Below are positions 29,480-38,366 of a DNA stretch of 64,000 nucleotides, piece by piece. The position numbers and the translations under genes are program-made. The notes beneath the pieces were generated by a model. That model was not told the DNA's origin. It saw only the letters and a list, made by a program, of their open reading frames with translations, and did no database searches. Positions within the stretch are counted from its first letter, which is position 1. Every line of letters starts with the position of its first letter. Source of the DNA: an uncultured Mailhella sp. (lineage in GTDB: Bacteria > Desulfobacterota > Desulfovibrionia > Desulfovibrionales > Desulfovibrionaceae); the NCBI GenBank assembly GCA_944322635.1, contig CALUPL010000045.1, positions 1,102 to 65,101 of the forward strand, in the 5' to 3' direction.

Positions 29480-30139
29480 TTACCAGCATTTTTTGCCCAT
29501 GCGCTCCATTTCCTGCCGTATAAGTTCGAGACCTATGAGGATATTTTTTTTCAGGTTTTCGCAGAGTCTGGCGGCGTCCTTGTCGCGGAAGGCCTGCAGA
29601 ATTTCCTTGTGCTGCTCCATGAGCATTTTCTGATCCTGCACTCCGTAGTAGCGGCTGTTCAGAAAAATTTCCACATGATCCACAAGACTTGAAGCCGTGT
29701 TCAGAAGGTGCGGCATTCCAGCCATCTTGTACAGCGTGTAGTGGAACTCCCTGTCGGGATGAAAGAAGAGGGAGTTGTCGGAAGTGTCCTCCATGCTGCG
29801 GAGTATTTCCTCCAGTTGGCGATACTCTTCTTCGCCTGCGTGATTCATGGCCTCCGTAGCCAGAATGCATTCAAGCTGGACTCGGACGTCATACATATAT
29901 TGAATTTCCCGCACACTGGGCAGAGGAGCTACAACGGCGCCTTTGTACGGCAGGTTCTGTATGAGCCCTGAGCGGTCGAGACGCATGAGTGCCTCGCGTA
30001 TGGGGCCGCGTCCGACGTTGAGCTTCTCCTCCAGGTCGGCCAGTACCAGACGCGAGCCCGGAAGAAGTTCTCCCTGAAGAATGAGTTCTCGAATGAGATT
30101 ATAGGCTTGAAGAGATTTTATCGTAGAGCTTTTTGTCAT
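29480..30139 (-). CDS. GntR/FCD transcriptional regulator, divergent from the sulfonate cluster
   Basis: LLPGSRL, VGRGPIREAL wHTH; FCD domain DREFH...QHKEI. Confidence 0.9.
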   Translation of the reverse strand: MTKSSTIKSLQAYNLIRELILQGELLPGSRLVLADLEEKLNVGRGPIREALMRLDRSGLIQNLPYKGAVVAPLPSVREIQYMYDVRVQLECILATEAMNHAGEEEYRQLEEILRSMEDTSDNSLFFHPDREFHYTLYKMAGMPHLLNTASSLVDHVEIFLNSRYYGVQDQKMLMEQHKEILQAFRDKDAARLCENLKKNILIGLELIRQEMERMGKKCW

Positions 30140-30234
30140 GATATGTGCCTGTTGAAGAAAATATAGAAAATGCTTCCGGTGTCGTGGCCGTCGTGAATAC
30201 CAGAACTAGAAAAATTACAGGAAACCATGCTCTT

Positions 30235-30314
30235 TGTCAAAATATTTTATCTAAAATATTTTATGATATTTTTTATAAAATCTGTTGACAAAATATTCCG
30301 GCTCAGACTACGTT
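30235..30314. promoter_or_regulatory. Back-to-back sigma70 promoters with AAAATATTTT operator repeats
   Basis: TTGACA on the minus strand (30240-30235) and plus strand (30285-30290, -10 TACGTT at 30309) flank AAAATATTTT palindromes at 30239 and 30253. Confidence 0.7.
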
Positions 30315-30336
30315 GAATTAAACATTTAAGGTCGGG

Positions 30337-31233
30337 GTGGGAGACGCCATGGATTCGGATGCGGGCGTCTTTTCCCTGAAGTTCAAGGAGATTGTGGAAA
30401 AGAAGACCGGCGGGGCCGTGGAAGTGCAGATTTTCCCCAACTGCTCCTTGGGAGACGAAGGAGAAATGTTCCAGAACGTGCGGCGCGGCACGCTGGACAT
30501 GACCTGCATAGGTGTGGGTAATGCCGTTCCTTTTGTTTCTCCTCTCGGCGTGTACACGCTTCCGTATTTGCTGACGAATGAGGAAGAAGTGGTGAAAGCC
30601 ACGACCGGCGATCTTTTTAAATATTTTAATGATGTCTCCGTAAAGCGCGGCGGCGTGAGAATTCTTGGTCACTGCTACACCAACTTCCGTCATCTGACGA
30701 ACTCCGTCAGACCCGTGACCAAGCTGGAAGACGTGAAGGGACTTAAGATTCGCGTTCCTGCAAGCAAGATCAACGTGGCCACCTATCAGGCCTGGGGAGC
30801 CAATCCTGTTCCCATGGGCTGGGCTGAAACCTTCACCGCCCTGCAGCAGGGCGTGGTCGATGGCCAGGACAATCCCTACGTGGTCAACTATACCACCAAA
30901 ATTTATGAAGTGCAGAAGTATCTTACGGAGCTGCATCATCAGTATTCCCTTCAGCCTCTGTTCATAGGCGAAAAGCACTTCAAGAAGCTGAGTCCCGAAC
31001 TGCAGACCGTGCTCATGGATGCCGGACAGGAAGCGCAGATGTACATTCTCGAATGGCAGAAGGAAAACAGCGTCAAGGCGCGCGATGCCATGGCGGCCGC
31101 CGGAATGCAGATAACCACGCTGCAGGACGAGGCCGAATGGGAAAAGCGAGCCCGTGCCATCTGGCCTGAGTTCTACGATTTCGTCGGCGGCAAGGAAGTC
31201 ATCGACATGGTACTTGCGGCCATAGCAAAATAG
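30337..31233 (+). CDS. dctP: TRAP substrate-binding protein DctP, apparently lacking its signal peptide
   Basis: QIFPNCSLG, FRHLTN, GLKIRVP, ETFTALQQGVVDGQDNP. An in-frame TAA at 30319-30321 leaves no room for a signal peptide. Confidence 0.85.
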   Translation: MGDAMDSDAGVFSLKFKEIVEKKTGGAVEVQIFPNCSLGDEGEMFQNVRRGTLDMTCIGVGNAVPFVSPLGVYTLPYLLTNEEEVVKATTGDLFKYFNDVSVKRGGVRILGHCYTNFRHLTNSVRPVTKLEDVKGLKIRVPASKINVATYQAWGANPVPMGWAETFTALQQGVVDGQDNPYVVNYTTKIYEVQKYLTELHHQYSLQPLFIGEKHFKKLSPELQTVLMDAGQEAQMYILEWQKENSVKARDAMAAAGMQITTLQDEAEWEKRARAIWPEFYDFVGGKEVIDMVLAAIAK

Positions 31234-31297
31234 TTCAAACGGGGAGAGTGTGCTTTCACGCCTCCCCTTTTCTTTTCGGAACAGAGGGAGACACAGT

Positions 31298-31876
31298 ATG
31301 ACCGCACAAGTCGTCTATCGCATTCTGGACAGACTGGAAGGATATCTGAGTCAGGCGCTTCTCGTGTTTTTCGTCTGCGTCATTTTTGCTCAGACCGTTC
31401 TTCGCAGCTGTTTCGACATCGTTCTTCCTTGGACGGAGGAAATTTCACGGTTCTCGTTCGTTTGGTTCGTCTTCTTCGGCGCTTCATTTGCGGCCAGGCT
31501 GTGCGCACACAACAGAGTAACCATTCAGTTCAAGATTTTTCCGGAATGGGTGGGAAAGCTGTCCATGTTTCTTACGGATATCATATGGATAGTATTCAAC
31601 TGCATGATGATAAAGATGAGTCTTGTCATTATTGCCGACATGCATGAATATCCCTATCTTTCTCCGGCCATGGAAGTATCCATGGAGTATGTGTACTGGA
31701 TATTTCCCATTGCCTTCGGCCTGATGAACATACGTATTATTCAGGTGAACTATATCCGTTTCATTCTCAAGCAGGAAATTGAAGATCCCGATAAGGTCGA
31801 TGCCGAGGCTTATGAAGAACTCACCGAGTCCTGCGCCCCAGTGGAGCTCCCCGGCAACAAGAAGGTAGGAGGCTGA
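31298..31876 (+). CDS. dctQ: TRAP small permease
   Basis: PWTEEISRF, HNRV; 4 TM. Confidence 0.88.
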   Translation: MTAQVVYRILDRLEGYLSQALLVFFVCVIFAQTVLRSCFDIVLPWTEEISRFSFVWFVFFGASFAARLCAHNRVTIQFKIFPEWVGKLSMFLTDIIWIVFNCMMIKMSLVIIADMHEYPYLSPAMEVSMEYVYWIFPIAFGLMNIRIIQVNYIRFILKQEIEDPDKVDAEAYEELTESCAPVELPGNKKVGG

Positions 31877-31878
31877 AA

Positions 31879-33152
31879 ATGACCGCTCCGTGCTGCTGTT
31901 CAGTTCTTTCGGCGTGCTGCTCATCATGGGCGCGCCCATTACACTGGCGCTTTCCGCCTCTGCCGCACTCACCTATATTTTTGTGGGGCAGGAGCTGACG
32001 ACGCTCGTACAGATAGCCTTTTCCTCCGTCAACAGCTTTCCCATCATGGCTTTGCCTGCCTTCGTTCTTGCCGGAGCGCTCATGGAAAGCGCCGGCATTT
32101 CCCGCCGCATCGTGGGCGTGGCTGAGCACATGATAGGACGCATGAACGGCGGCCTTGCCATCACTACGGTGCTGGCATGCGTGTTTTTCGGCGCCATATC
32201 CGGTTCCGGTCCGGCCACTACGGCCGCCGTAGGCATGCTCATGATTCCGGCCATGGTCAAGCGCGGCTATGCCAAGGACTACGCGGCTACGGCCGTGGCC
32301 ACGGCTGGCGGCATAGGCATCATCATTCCGCCCAGCATTCCCATGGTCATCTACGGCGTGTGTGCTCAGGCCTCCATTACCAAAATGTTTCTCGGCGGCG
32401 TGTTTCCAGGGCTTATTTTTGCTCTTTCCCTCATTATCGTCCATCTCATACTCTGCCGCGGCAAGGACCTTACCCAGGGGATGGAAGCCTTTTCCATGGC
32501 GGGACTCATAAGGAGCCTCAAGGACGGCTTTTTCGCCATCATGGCTCCCGTGCTCATTCTCGGCGGCATTTACAGCGGTATGTTCACGCCCACAGAAGCG
32601 GCCATAGTGGCCATCTTTTACACGCTCTTCGTCGGCATATTCATTTACAAGGAACTGTGTTTCAGCGCGTTTCTGAAGTCGCTTGAGACTACCTGTTGGA
32701 TTACCGGCCGCGTGCTCATCATCATGTTTGCCGCCTATTCCTTCGGTCGGCTTCTTGTCCAGTATCAGATTCCCACGGTCATTGCCGAAGGCATGCTCTC
32801 CATTTCCAGCAGTCCCATCGTCATATGGGGAATGGTTATTGCCTTCCTCATCTTTCTTGGAATGTTCATGGAAACTCTTGCCATCATCATGCTGGTCACT
32901 CCCGTTCTGCTGCCCGTCATGACAAGCATCGGCGTGGATCCCATACACTTCGGCGTCGTGCTGGTCTGCTGCTGCGCCATAGGTTTTTCCACGCCGCCTC
33001 TGGGTGAAAACCTTTTTGTAGCCTCGGGTATTTCCGGGGTGTCTCTTGAGAGACTTTCCGCCCGGGCACTGCCTTTCTGTCTGATGAACATTGTCGCCAT
33101 CATTATTCTGGCGGCATTTCCCCAGATCATTCTCTGGTTGCCTGGGCTTTAA
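31879..33152 (+). pseudogene. dctM: TRAP large permease DctM with an apparent -1 frameshift at codon 4 (real lesion or sequencing error)
   Basis: AGGAGG (31867-31872) points to ATG 31879, which is out of frame with the 420-aa DctM ORF starting at GTG 31890 (FGAISGSG, IIIPPSIP, FTPTEA, DPIHFG, TPP). Confidence 0.7.
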
Positions 33153-33196
33153 GAGCAGGGCATGAACGAACGCTCTTCCGGTGGCATGTTTGACGC

Positions 33197-33259
33197 ATAA
33201 AATATTTTATAAAATATTTTATAAAATATATTGACAACCACCGGGGTCCGGCATACGCT
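33197..33259 (+). promoter_or_regulatory. Triple 12-bp tandem operator abutting a sigma70 promoter of the hpsN-like gene
   Basis: ATAAAATATTTT x2 + ATAAAATATATT (33197-33232), TTGACA at 33231, 17-nt spacer, TACGCT at 33254. Confidence 0.75.
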
Positions 33260-33299
33260 GATTTTACCGAATCATTATTCCTTGTAAGGAGGGAACATC

Positions 33300-34610
33300 A
33301 TGGAATTTTTGAAGAAAGCCACCAAGAGCACGGAGCAGAACAGCCAGGAAGCCCGTGATGTCGTTCTTAAGGTACTTGCCGACATCAAGGAGCGCAGGGA
33401 AGATGCCGTTCGCGAACTTGCCCGCAAGTTCGACAAATGGGAAGGCGATTTCATTCTCAGCGAGGAAAAGAAGAAGAAGCTCATCGATTCTGTTCCCGAG
33501 CAGGTGAAAAAGGATCTGCAGTTCGCGCACAAGCAGGTTTCCACCTTTGCCAAGGCTCAGAGAGACAGCCTGAAGGAATTTGAGACGGAAGTGACGCCCG
33601 GCGTTCGCCTGGGGCAGAAGATCATTCCCATGGGCGTGGCGGGATGCTACGTTCCCGGCGGGCGTTTTGCTCATGCCTGCTCTGCCATCATGAGCGTGGC
33701 AACGGCCAAGGCCGCAGGCGTTCCCTTCGTGATTGCCGCCACGCCTCCCCGCGGTGACTCCATTGATCCCGCCGTCTGCTATGCCATGGAGCTTTCCGGA
33801 GCGGACATCATTCTGGAAATGGGCGGCATTCAGGCCATAGCCACCATGGCGTACGGCTTGTTCACTGGCAAGCCCGCCAACATTCTTGTCGGACCCGGCA
33901 ACGCCTTTGTGGCCGAGGCCAAGGCTGTGCTCAACGGCACCGGACACTGCGGAATCGACGTGTTTGCCGGCCCCACAGAGTCGGGCATCATTGCCGACGA
34001 GACCGCCGATCCCATGACCGTGGCCATCGACCTCGTTTCGCAGGCCGAACACGGCTACAATTCTCCGGTCTGGCTCTTCACCACCAGCCGCGAAGTTGGT
34101 GAAAAAGTGGCGGAACTTATGCCTAAGCTCTGCAAGGATATGCCCAACCCCGACGTGCCGGCCACGGCCTGGGCGGATTACGGCGAAATCATTCTCTGTG
34201 CGGACAGAGAAGAGGCCGCAAGCGTGTGCGACGTTTATGCTCCCGAACACGTGCAGGTCATGGCGAAGGATCTTGACTGGTGGACCGGTCGTCTGAGCTG
34301 CTACGGCTCCCTGTTCCTTGGTGAAGGCAGCACCGTGCCTCAGGGCGACAAGTGTTCCGACACCAACCATATTCTGCCCACCAAGCGGGCCGGATATTTC
34401 AGCGGCGGCCTGAACGTTCACAAATTCCTCAAGATCTGCACATACCAGGAAATTTCCAAGGAAGCCAATGACATCATCAGCCCCGTGGCGTCCCGTCTTT
34501 CCCGTGTGGAAGGCATGGAAGGTCATGCACGCGCCTGTGACTGGCGCCTGACGAAGTTCTTCCCCGAAAGAGAATGGGACTTCCACGTGTACAAGCACCC
34601 CAAGTATTGA
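33300..34610 (+). CDS. hpsN: HisD-fold NAD-dependent sulfonate-alcohol dehydrogenase (HpsN-like; DHPS or cysteinolate substrate)
   Basis: GCYVPGGR, VGPGNAFVAEAK, DLVSQAEHGYNSPVWL, DLDWW..RLSCYGSLFLGE, GDK..TNH, EGMEGHARA: HpsN-type rather than HisD-type (GDY). Lies outside any his operon. Confidence 0.8.
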   Translation: MEFLKKATKSTEQNSQEARDVVLKVLADIKERREDAVRELARKFDKWEGDFILSEEKKKKLIDSVPEQVKKDLQFAHKQVSTFAKAQRDSLKEFETEVTPGVRLGQKIIPMGVAGCYVPGGRFAHACSAIMSVATAKAAGVPFVIAATPPRGDSIDPAVCYAMELSGADIILEMGGIQAIATMAYGLFTGKPANILVGPGNAFVAEAKAVLNGTGHCGIDVFAGPTESGIIADETADPMTVAIDLVSQAEHGYNSPVWLFTTSREVGEKVAELMPKLCKDMPNPDVPATAWADYGEIILCADREEAASVCDVYAPEHVQVMAKDLDWWTGRLSCYGSLFLGEGSTVPQGDKCSDTNHILPTKRAGYFSGGLNVHKFLKICTYQEISKEANDIISPVASRLSRVEGMEGHARACDWRLTKFFPEREWDFHVYKHPKY

Positions 34611-34760
34611 TTATATCTCATGCATCTTGGAATCGCCACGGCGTTTCGGCCGTATGCTTTCAAAAGCAGGAAAAAGGCGGAAACCATGTGTTTGATGCAC
34701 ATGACGTGGCGGTTCCAAGAAGACGAAACGAACTTTCAGGCAAAATAAGGGAGCAAGAGA

Positions 34761-35954
34761 ATGCTTGTTTTCAAGAAGGATTTCACTCAGCAGGAACCGA
34801 TTCCGGAAAAGGGTATAGAAAAGGCCCTCGAAGTGCTGCGCTCCGGAAGATTGCACCGCTATAATCTTCTTCCCGGAGAAAAGGGACTGGTGTGCGAGCT
34901 GGAAGAAAAGTTTGCCGCCTACATGGGAACGAAATATTGTCTGGCCTGTGCCTCCTGCGGTTCTTCCCTGTTTCTTGCCCTCAAGAGCGTGGGAGTGCGC
35001 CCCGGCGACAAGGTCCTCTGCAATGCCTATACTCTGGCCCCCGTGCCCGGAGCCATTGAGCACTGTGGCGCGCTGACCGTTCTTGTCGATATTCTGGACG
35101 ACTATACCATAGATACCGATGATCTTGCCGCCAAGGCCGAGTCTTCCGGTGCCCGTTTCCTCATGCTTTCCCATATGCGCGGCCATATAGCCCGCATGGA
35201 CAAGGTCATGGAAGTGTGCGAACGCTACAATCTGGTCCTTGTTGAAGACTGCGCCCACACCATGGGAGCTACCTGGGACGGCAGAAAGAGCGGAACCTTC
35301 GGCAAGGTGGGCTGCTACAGCACCCAGACCTACAAGCACATGAACTCCGGCGAGGGTGGACTGCTTGTTACCAATGACGATGAGGTCATGGCAAGGGCCA
35401 TCATCCATTCTGGATCCTACATGATTTACGGCACGCATACCTCCAGGCCGCCCCTGGAAGCCTTTGAAAAAATAAAATGGGTTACTCCCAATTTTTCTCT
35501 CCGTATGGATCACCTGCGTGCATCTCTTCTTCTTCCTCAGCTGGAGAATCTGGACAGACAGTGCGTGCGCTGGAACGAACTGTACAATCACACGGAAGAG
35601 CTGCTTCGCGCGATTCCGGGTATCAGCTGTCCGCCCCGCGACAGTCGTGAATACTATGTAGGCAGTTCCATCCAGTTCAACATTGAAGACGCTTCGGTTG
35701 ACTTCATTAAAAAGTTTCTGGAGGAAACCGCTGCGCGCGGCGTGCAGATCAAGTGGTTCGGAAACGACGTGCCCGTGGGATTCACCAGCAGCTACGACAG
35801 CTGGCGCTACATTCCCAATCTGCCGGATCTGCCCAATACCAAAAAGGTTCTTGCCACCATGTGCGACATGCGACTGCCTCTGACGTTTACGCTTGAGGAT
35901 TGCAGTCTCATTGTGGCCATCATTCGCGAAGTTCTCGACGAGCTTCGGAAATAG
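34761..35954 (+). CDS. DegT/DnrJ/EryC1/StrS-fold PLP enzyme (candidate amino-sulfonate racemase or transaminase)
   Basis: LVEDCAH and STQTYKHMNSGEGG (PLP lysine); no sugar-nucleotide genes nearby. Confidence 0.8.
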   Translation: MLVFKKDFTQQEPIPEKGIEKALEVLRSGRLHRYNLLPGEKGLVCELEEKFAAYMGTKYCLACASCGSSLFLALKSVGVRPGDKVLCNAYTLAPVPGAIEHCGALTVLVDILDDYTIDTDDLAAKAESSGARFLMLSHMRGHIARMDKVMEVCERYNLVLVEDCAHTMGATWDGRKSGTFGKVGCYSTQTYKHMNSGEGGLLVTNDDEVMARAIIHSGSYMIYGTHTSRPPLEAFEKIKWVTPNFSLRMDHLRASLLLPQLENLDRQCVRWNELYNHTEELLRAIPGISCPPRDSREYYVGSSIQFNIEDASVDFIKKFLEETAARGVQIKWFGNDVPVGFTSSYDSWRYIPNLPDLPNTKKVLATMCDMRLPLTFTLEDCSLIVAIIREVLDELRK

Positions 35955-36002
35955 TCGTCTCAGGTCATCTTTTATCCACTGTTTCATCGTCAGGAGCACA
36001 TC

Positions 36003-37001
36003 ATGAACCTCGCCAAGTTCCCCCGTCGCGGTTATGTCAAGGAAGCCACGCCCATCGAGTATCTGGCCAATTTCTCCAAAGCTCTGGGAAACAAGGTCAA
36101 CGTGTACATCAAGCGTGACGATCTGCTTCCCGGCTGCGCCGGCGGCAACAAGACCCGCAAGCTGGACTTCAGCATTGCCGACGCGCTGTCCAAGGGGGCG
36201 GATACCATCATCACCTGCGGCGCCGTGCAGTCCAACCACTGCCGTCTGACCCTTGCCTGGGCCGTGCATGAAGGCCTCGACTGCCATCTGGTGCTCGAAG
36301 AGCGTGTGAAGGGCAGCTACAATCCCGAGGCTTCCGGCAACAACTTCCTGTATCATCTGCTGGGCGTGAAGAGCATCACCGTGGTGCCCGGCGGCTCCCC
36401 CATGATGGAAGAAATGGAAAAGGTGGCCGAAAAGCTGCGCGCCGAAGGGAAGAAGCCCTACATCGTACCCGGCGGAGCCTCCAACAAGATAGGTGCTCTC
36501 GGCTACGTTTCCTGCGCTCAGGAAATCATGCAGCAGATGTTTGAAATGGGCCTCAACTTTGACCATGTCGTGGTGCCGAGCGGCAGTGCAGGCACTCATG
36601 CCGGCATGATCGCCGGATTTTACGGCAACAGCATGGACGTGCCCATGTCCGGCATCGACGTGAGCCGTCCCGGAGATGTGCAGCGCGGCATCGTGCACAA
36701 GCTCGCCCAGGAAACTCTGGATTACATCGGCGCGGGCGTCACCCTTCCCGAAGAAAAGGTTGTGTGCTTCGGCGACTACTACCAGCCCGGCTACTCCATT
36801 CCCAACGACGGCATGGTGGAAGCCGTGAAGATGCTTGCCCGCACTGAAGCCATTCTGCTCGACCCCGTGTACAGCGGCAAGGCCATGGCCGGCATGATCG
36901 ACCTTATCCGCAAGGATTACTTCCCCAAGGGCGCCAACGTGCTCTTCCTGCACACCGGCGGTTCTCCTGCTCTGTACGCCTACCTGCCCACCTTCCGGTG
37001 A
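36003..37001 (+). CDS. cuyA: D-cysteine desulfhydrase-family PLP enzyme, probable cysteate sulfo-lyase
   Basis: KRDD..GGNKTRKL, QSNH, PGGASN, GSAGT. DPVYSGK and HTGG carry the S/T signature rather than the ACC-deaminase E/L. Sulfonate gene context. Confidence 0.7.
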   Translation: MNLAKFPRRGYVKEATPIEYLANFSKALGNKVNVYIKRDDLLPGCAGGNKTRKLDFSIADALSKGADTIITCGAVQSNHCRLTLAWAVHEGLDCHLVLEERVKGSYNPEASGNNFLYHLLGVKSITVVPGGSPMMEEMEKVAEKLRAEGKKPYIVPGGASNKIGALGYVSCAQEIMQQMFEMGLNFDHVVVPSGSAGTHAGMIAGFYGNSMDVPMSGIDVSRPGDVQRGIVHKLAQETLDYIGAGVTLPEEKVVCFGDYYQPGYSIPNDGMVEAVKMLARTEAILLDPVYSGKAMAGMIDLIRKDYFPKGANVLFLHTGGSPALYAYLPTFR

Positions 37002-37307
37002 TGGGCGAAGCGCAGTAAAAATCTCTCCTCCCTGCCGTCCCCCTCTTCAGGCACAGGAAGCGTGTCTGAAGAGGGGCTCGCATATTTCAAGGCAGGGGAA
37101 AATTCTTTCAGAAGCGGATTCTCTGGACGTCGGTGAGGGGAAAATCCGATGGGGAACGCAGGGCGTACAAGAGAGCGGTCAGAGAACTTCCGGGGAAGAT
37201 AAATTGTTGTGAGGAGAAAGAGATACAACAAAAGGCGCTGTTTCGTGCCGGAGAGGCAGAAGCAGCGCCTTTTTCATGGCATCGACCCGGTTCGGCCGGA
37301 AGGAAGG

Positions 37308-38363
37308 TCAGCCGCCTATGGCGGACATTCTCTTGTGCGCCACGGGGCCGTGGCTTGCGGCAAGAAGTTCTGCCCCTACGGGCTTGCGGGAAACAGCGTC
37401 GATGATGATGCGTTTTACCTCTTCCATGCCTTTTTCACGCATGATGTCGCGGATGGGATATTCCCTGTCGTCGAAAAGACAGGTACGTATGTTGCCTTCC
37501 GCTGTGAGGCGGAGTCTGTTGCAGGAGCGGCAGAAGCTTTGCGTTACAGATGTAATGAGTCCGAAGCTGCCTTCTGACACACGGCCTTCCGCATCCGTAA
37601 GTTTCCAGAGTTTTGCCGGTCCGCGTTCCTCGGCGGCCTGCCCTTCGTTTTCTTCGCCGTCCTTGCGGCGCAGAGTCACAGGGGTAAGCTGCCAGTATTT
37701 GCGGGCAGTTTCCAGAATATCGGCCGCCGGCCAGAAAAGATTGTTTGACCAGATGGTGGAATCTCCCATGGGCATGAACTCGATGAAGCGCACGTCCACG
37801 GGCCAGTCCATGGCCATGGCGGCCAGGGCAGGAAGCTCGTTGTCATTGACGCCGCGCATGGCAACGGCGTTTATTTTAAGAGGAATGCCGAGTTCGAGCA
37901 TGCGATGCATGTTGTCGAGTACGGTGGGCAGTACGTCTTTACCGGTGATGGCGGCGTATTTTTTCCGATCCAGCGAGTCGAGGGACAGGTTGACCGAAAC
38001 GCCCAGGTCGCGGAGCGTTTCCAGCGCGGGGGCCAGAAGCGTGCCGTTGGAGGTGAGCTTGAGGGCTACCTGTGGGAATCTGCGGTGTATCTTTACCAGA
38101 AAGTCGAGAAAACCTTTTCTGGCAAAGGGCTCTCCGCCGGTGAAACGCAGCTTGTGTACGCCGAGCTCTATGGCGGCTTCAATGATTTTTTCTATTTCTT
38201 CAAAGCGCAGAATATTCTCGTGCGGAATGAAGGGCACGGTGTCGTCTCGGCAGTAGCGGCAGCAGAGGTTGCAGCGGTCCGTTACCGAAATGCGCAGATA
38301 GCGTACAGTTCTGCCGTGGGCATCGGTAAGCTGCGGAGGGATTTCTTCGTTCGGTTCCGCCAT
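37308..38363 (-). CDS. moaA: GTP 3',8-cyclase
   Basis: YLRISVTDRCNLCCRYC, TGGEP, FIEFMP, FCRSCNRLR, MSAIGG. Confidence 0.96.
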   Translation of the reverse strand: MAEPNEEIPPQLTDAHGRTVRYLRISVTDRCNLCCRYCRDDTVPFIPHENILRFEEIEKIIEAAIELGVHKLRFTGGEPFARKGFLDFLVKIHRRFPQVALKLTSNGTLLAPALETLRDLGVSVNLSLDSLDRKKYAAITGKDVLPTVLDNMHRMLELGIPLKINAVAMRGVNDNELPALAAMAMDWPVDVRFIEFMPMGDSTIWSNNLFWPAADILETARKYWQLTPVTLRRKDGEENEGQAAEERGPAKLWKLTDAEGRVSEGSFGLITSVTQSFCRSCNRLRLTAEGNIRTCLFDDREYPIRDIMREKGMEEVKRIIIDAVSRKPVGAELLAASHGPVAHKRMSAIGG

Positions 38364-38366
38364 GCT

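Noticed and set aside
33300-34610. Annotation as housekeeping hisD
   Set aside because: HpsN-type motifs (GDK, AEHGYNSPVW, DLDWW) and a catabolic TRAP/GntR context, with no his genes nearby.
36003-37001. ACC deaminase
   Set aside because: It has PVYS and HTGG instead of the diagnostic Glu and Leu (PVYE, HLGG).
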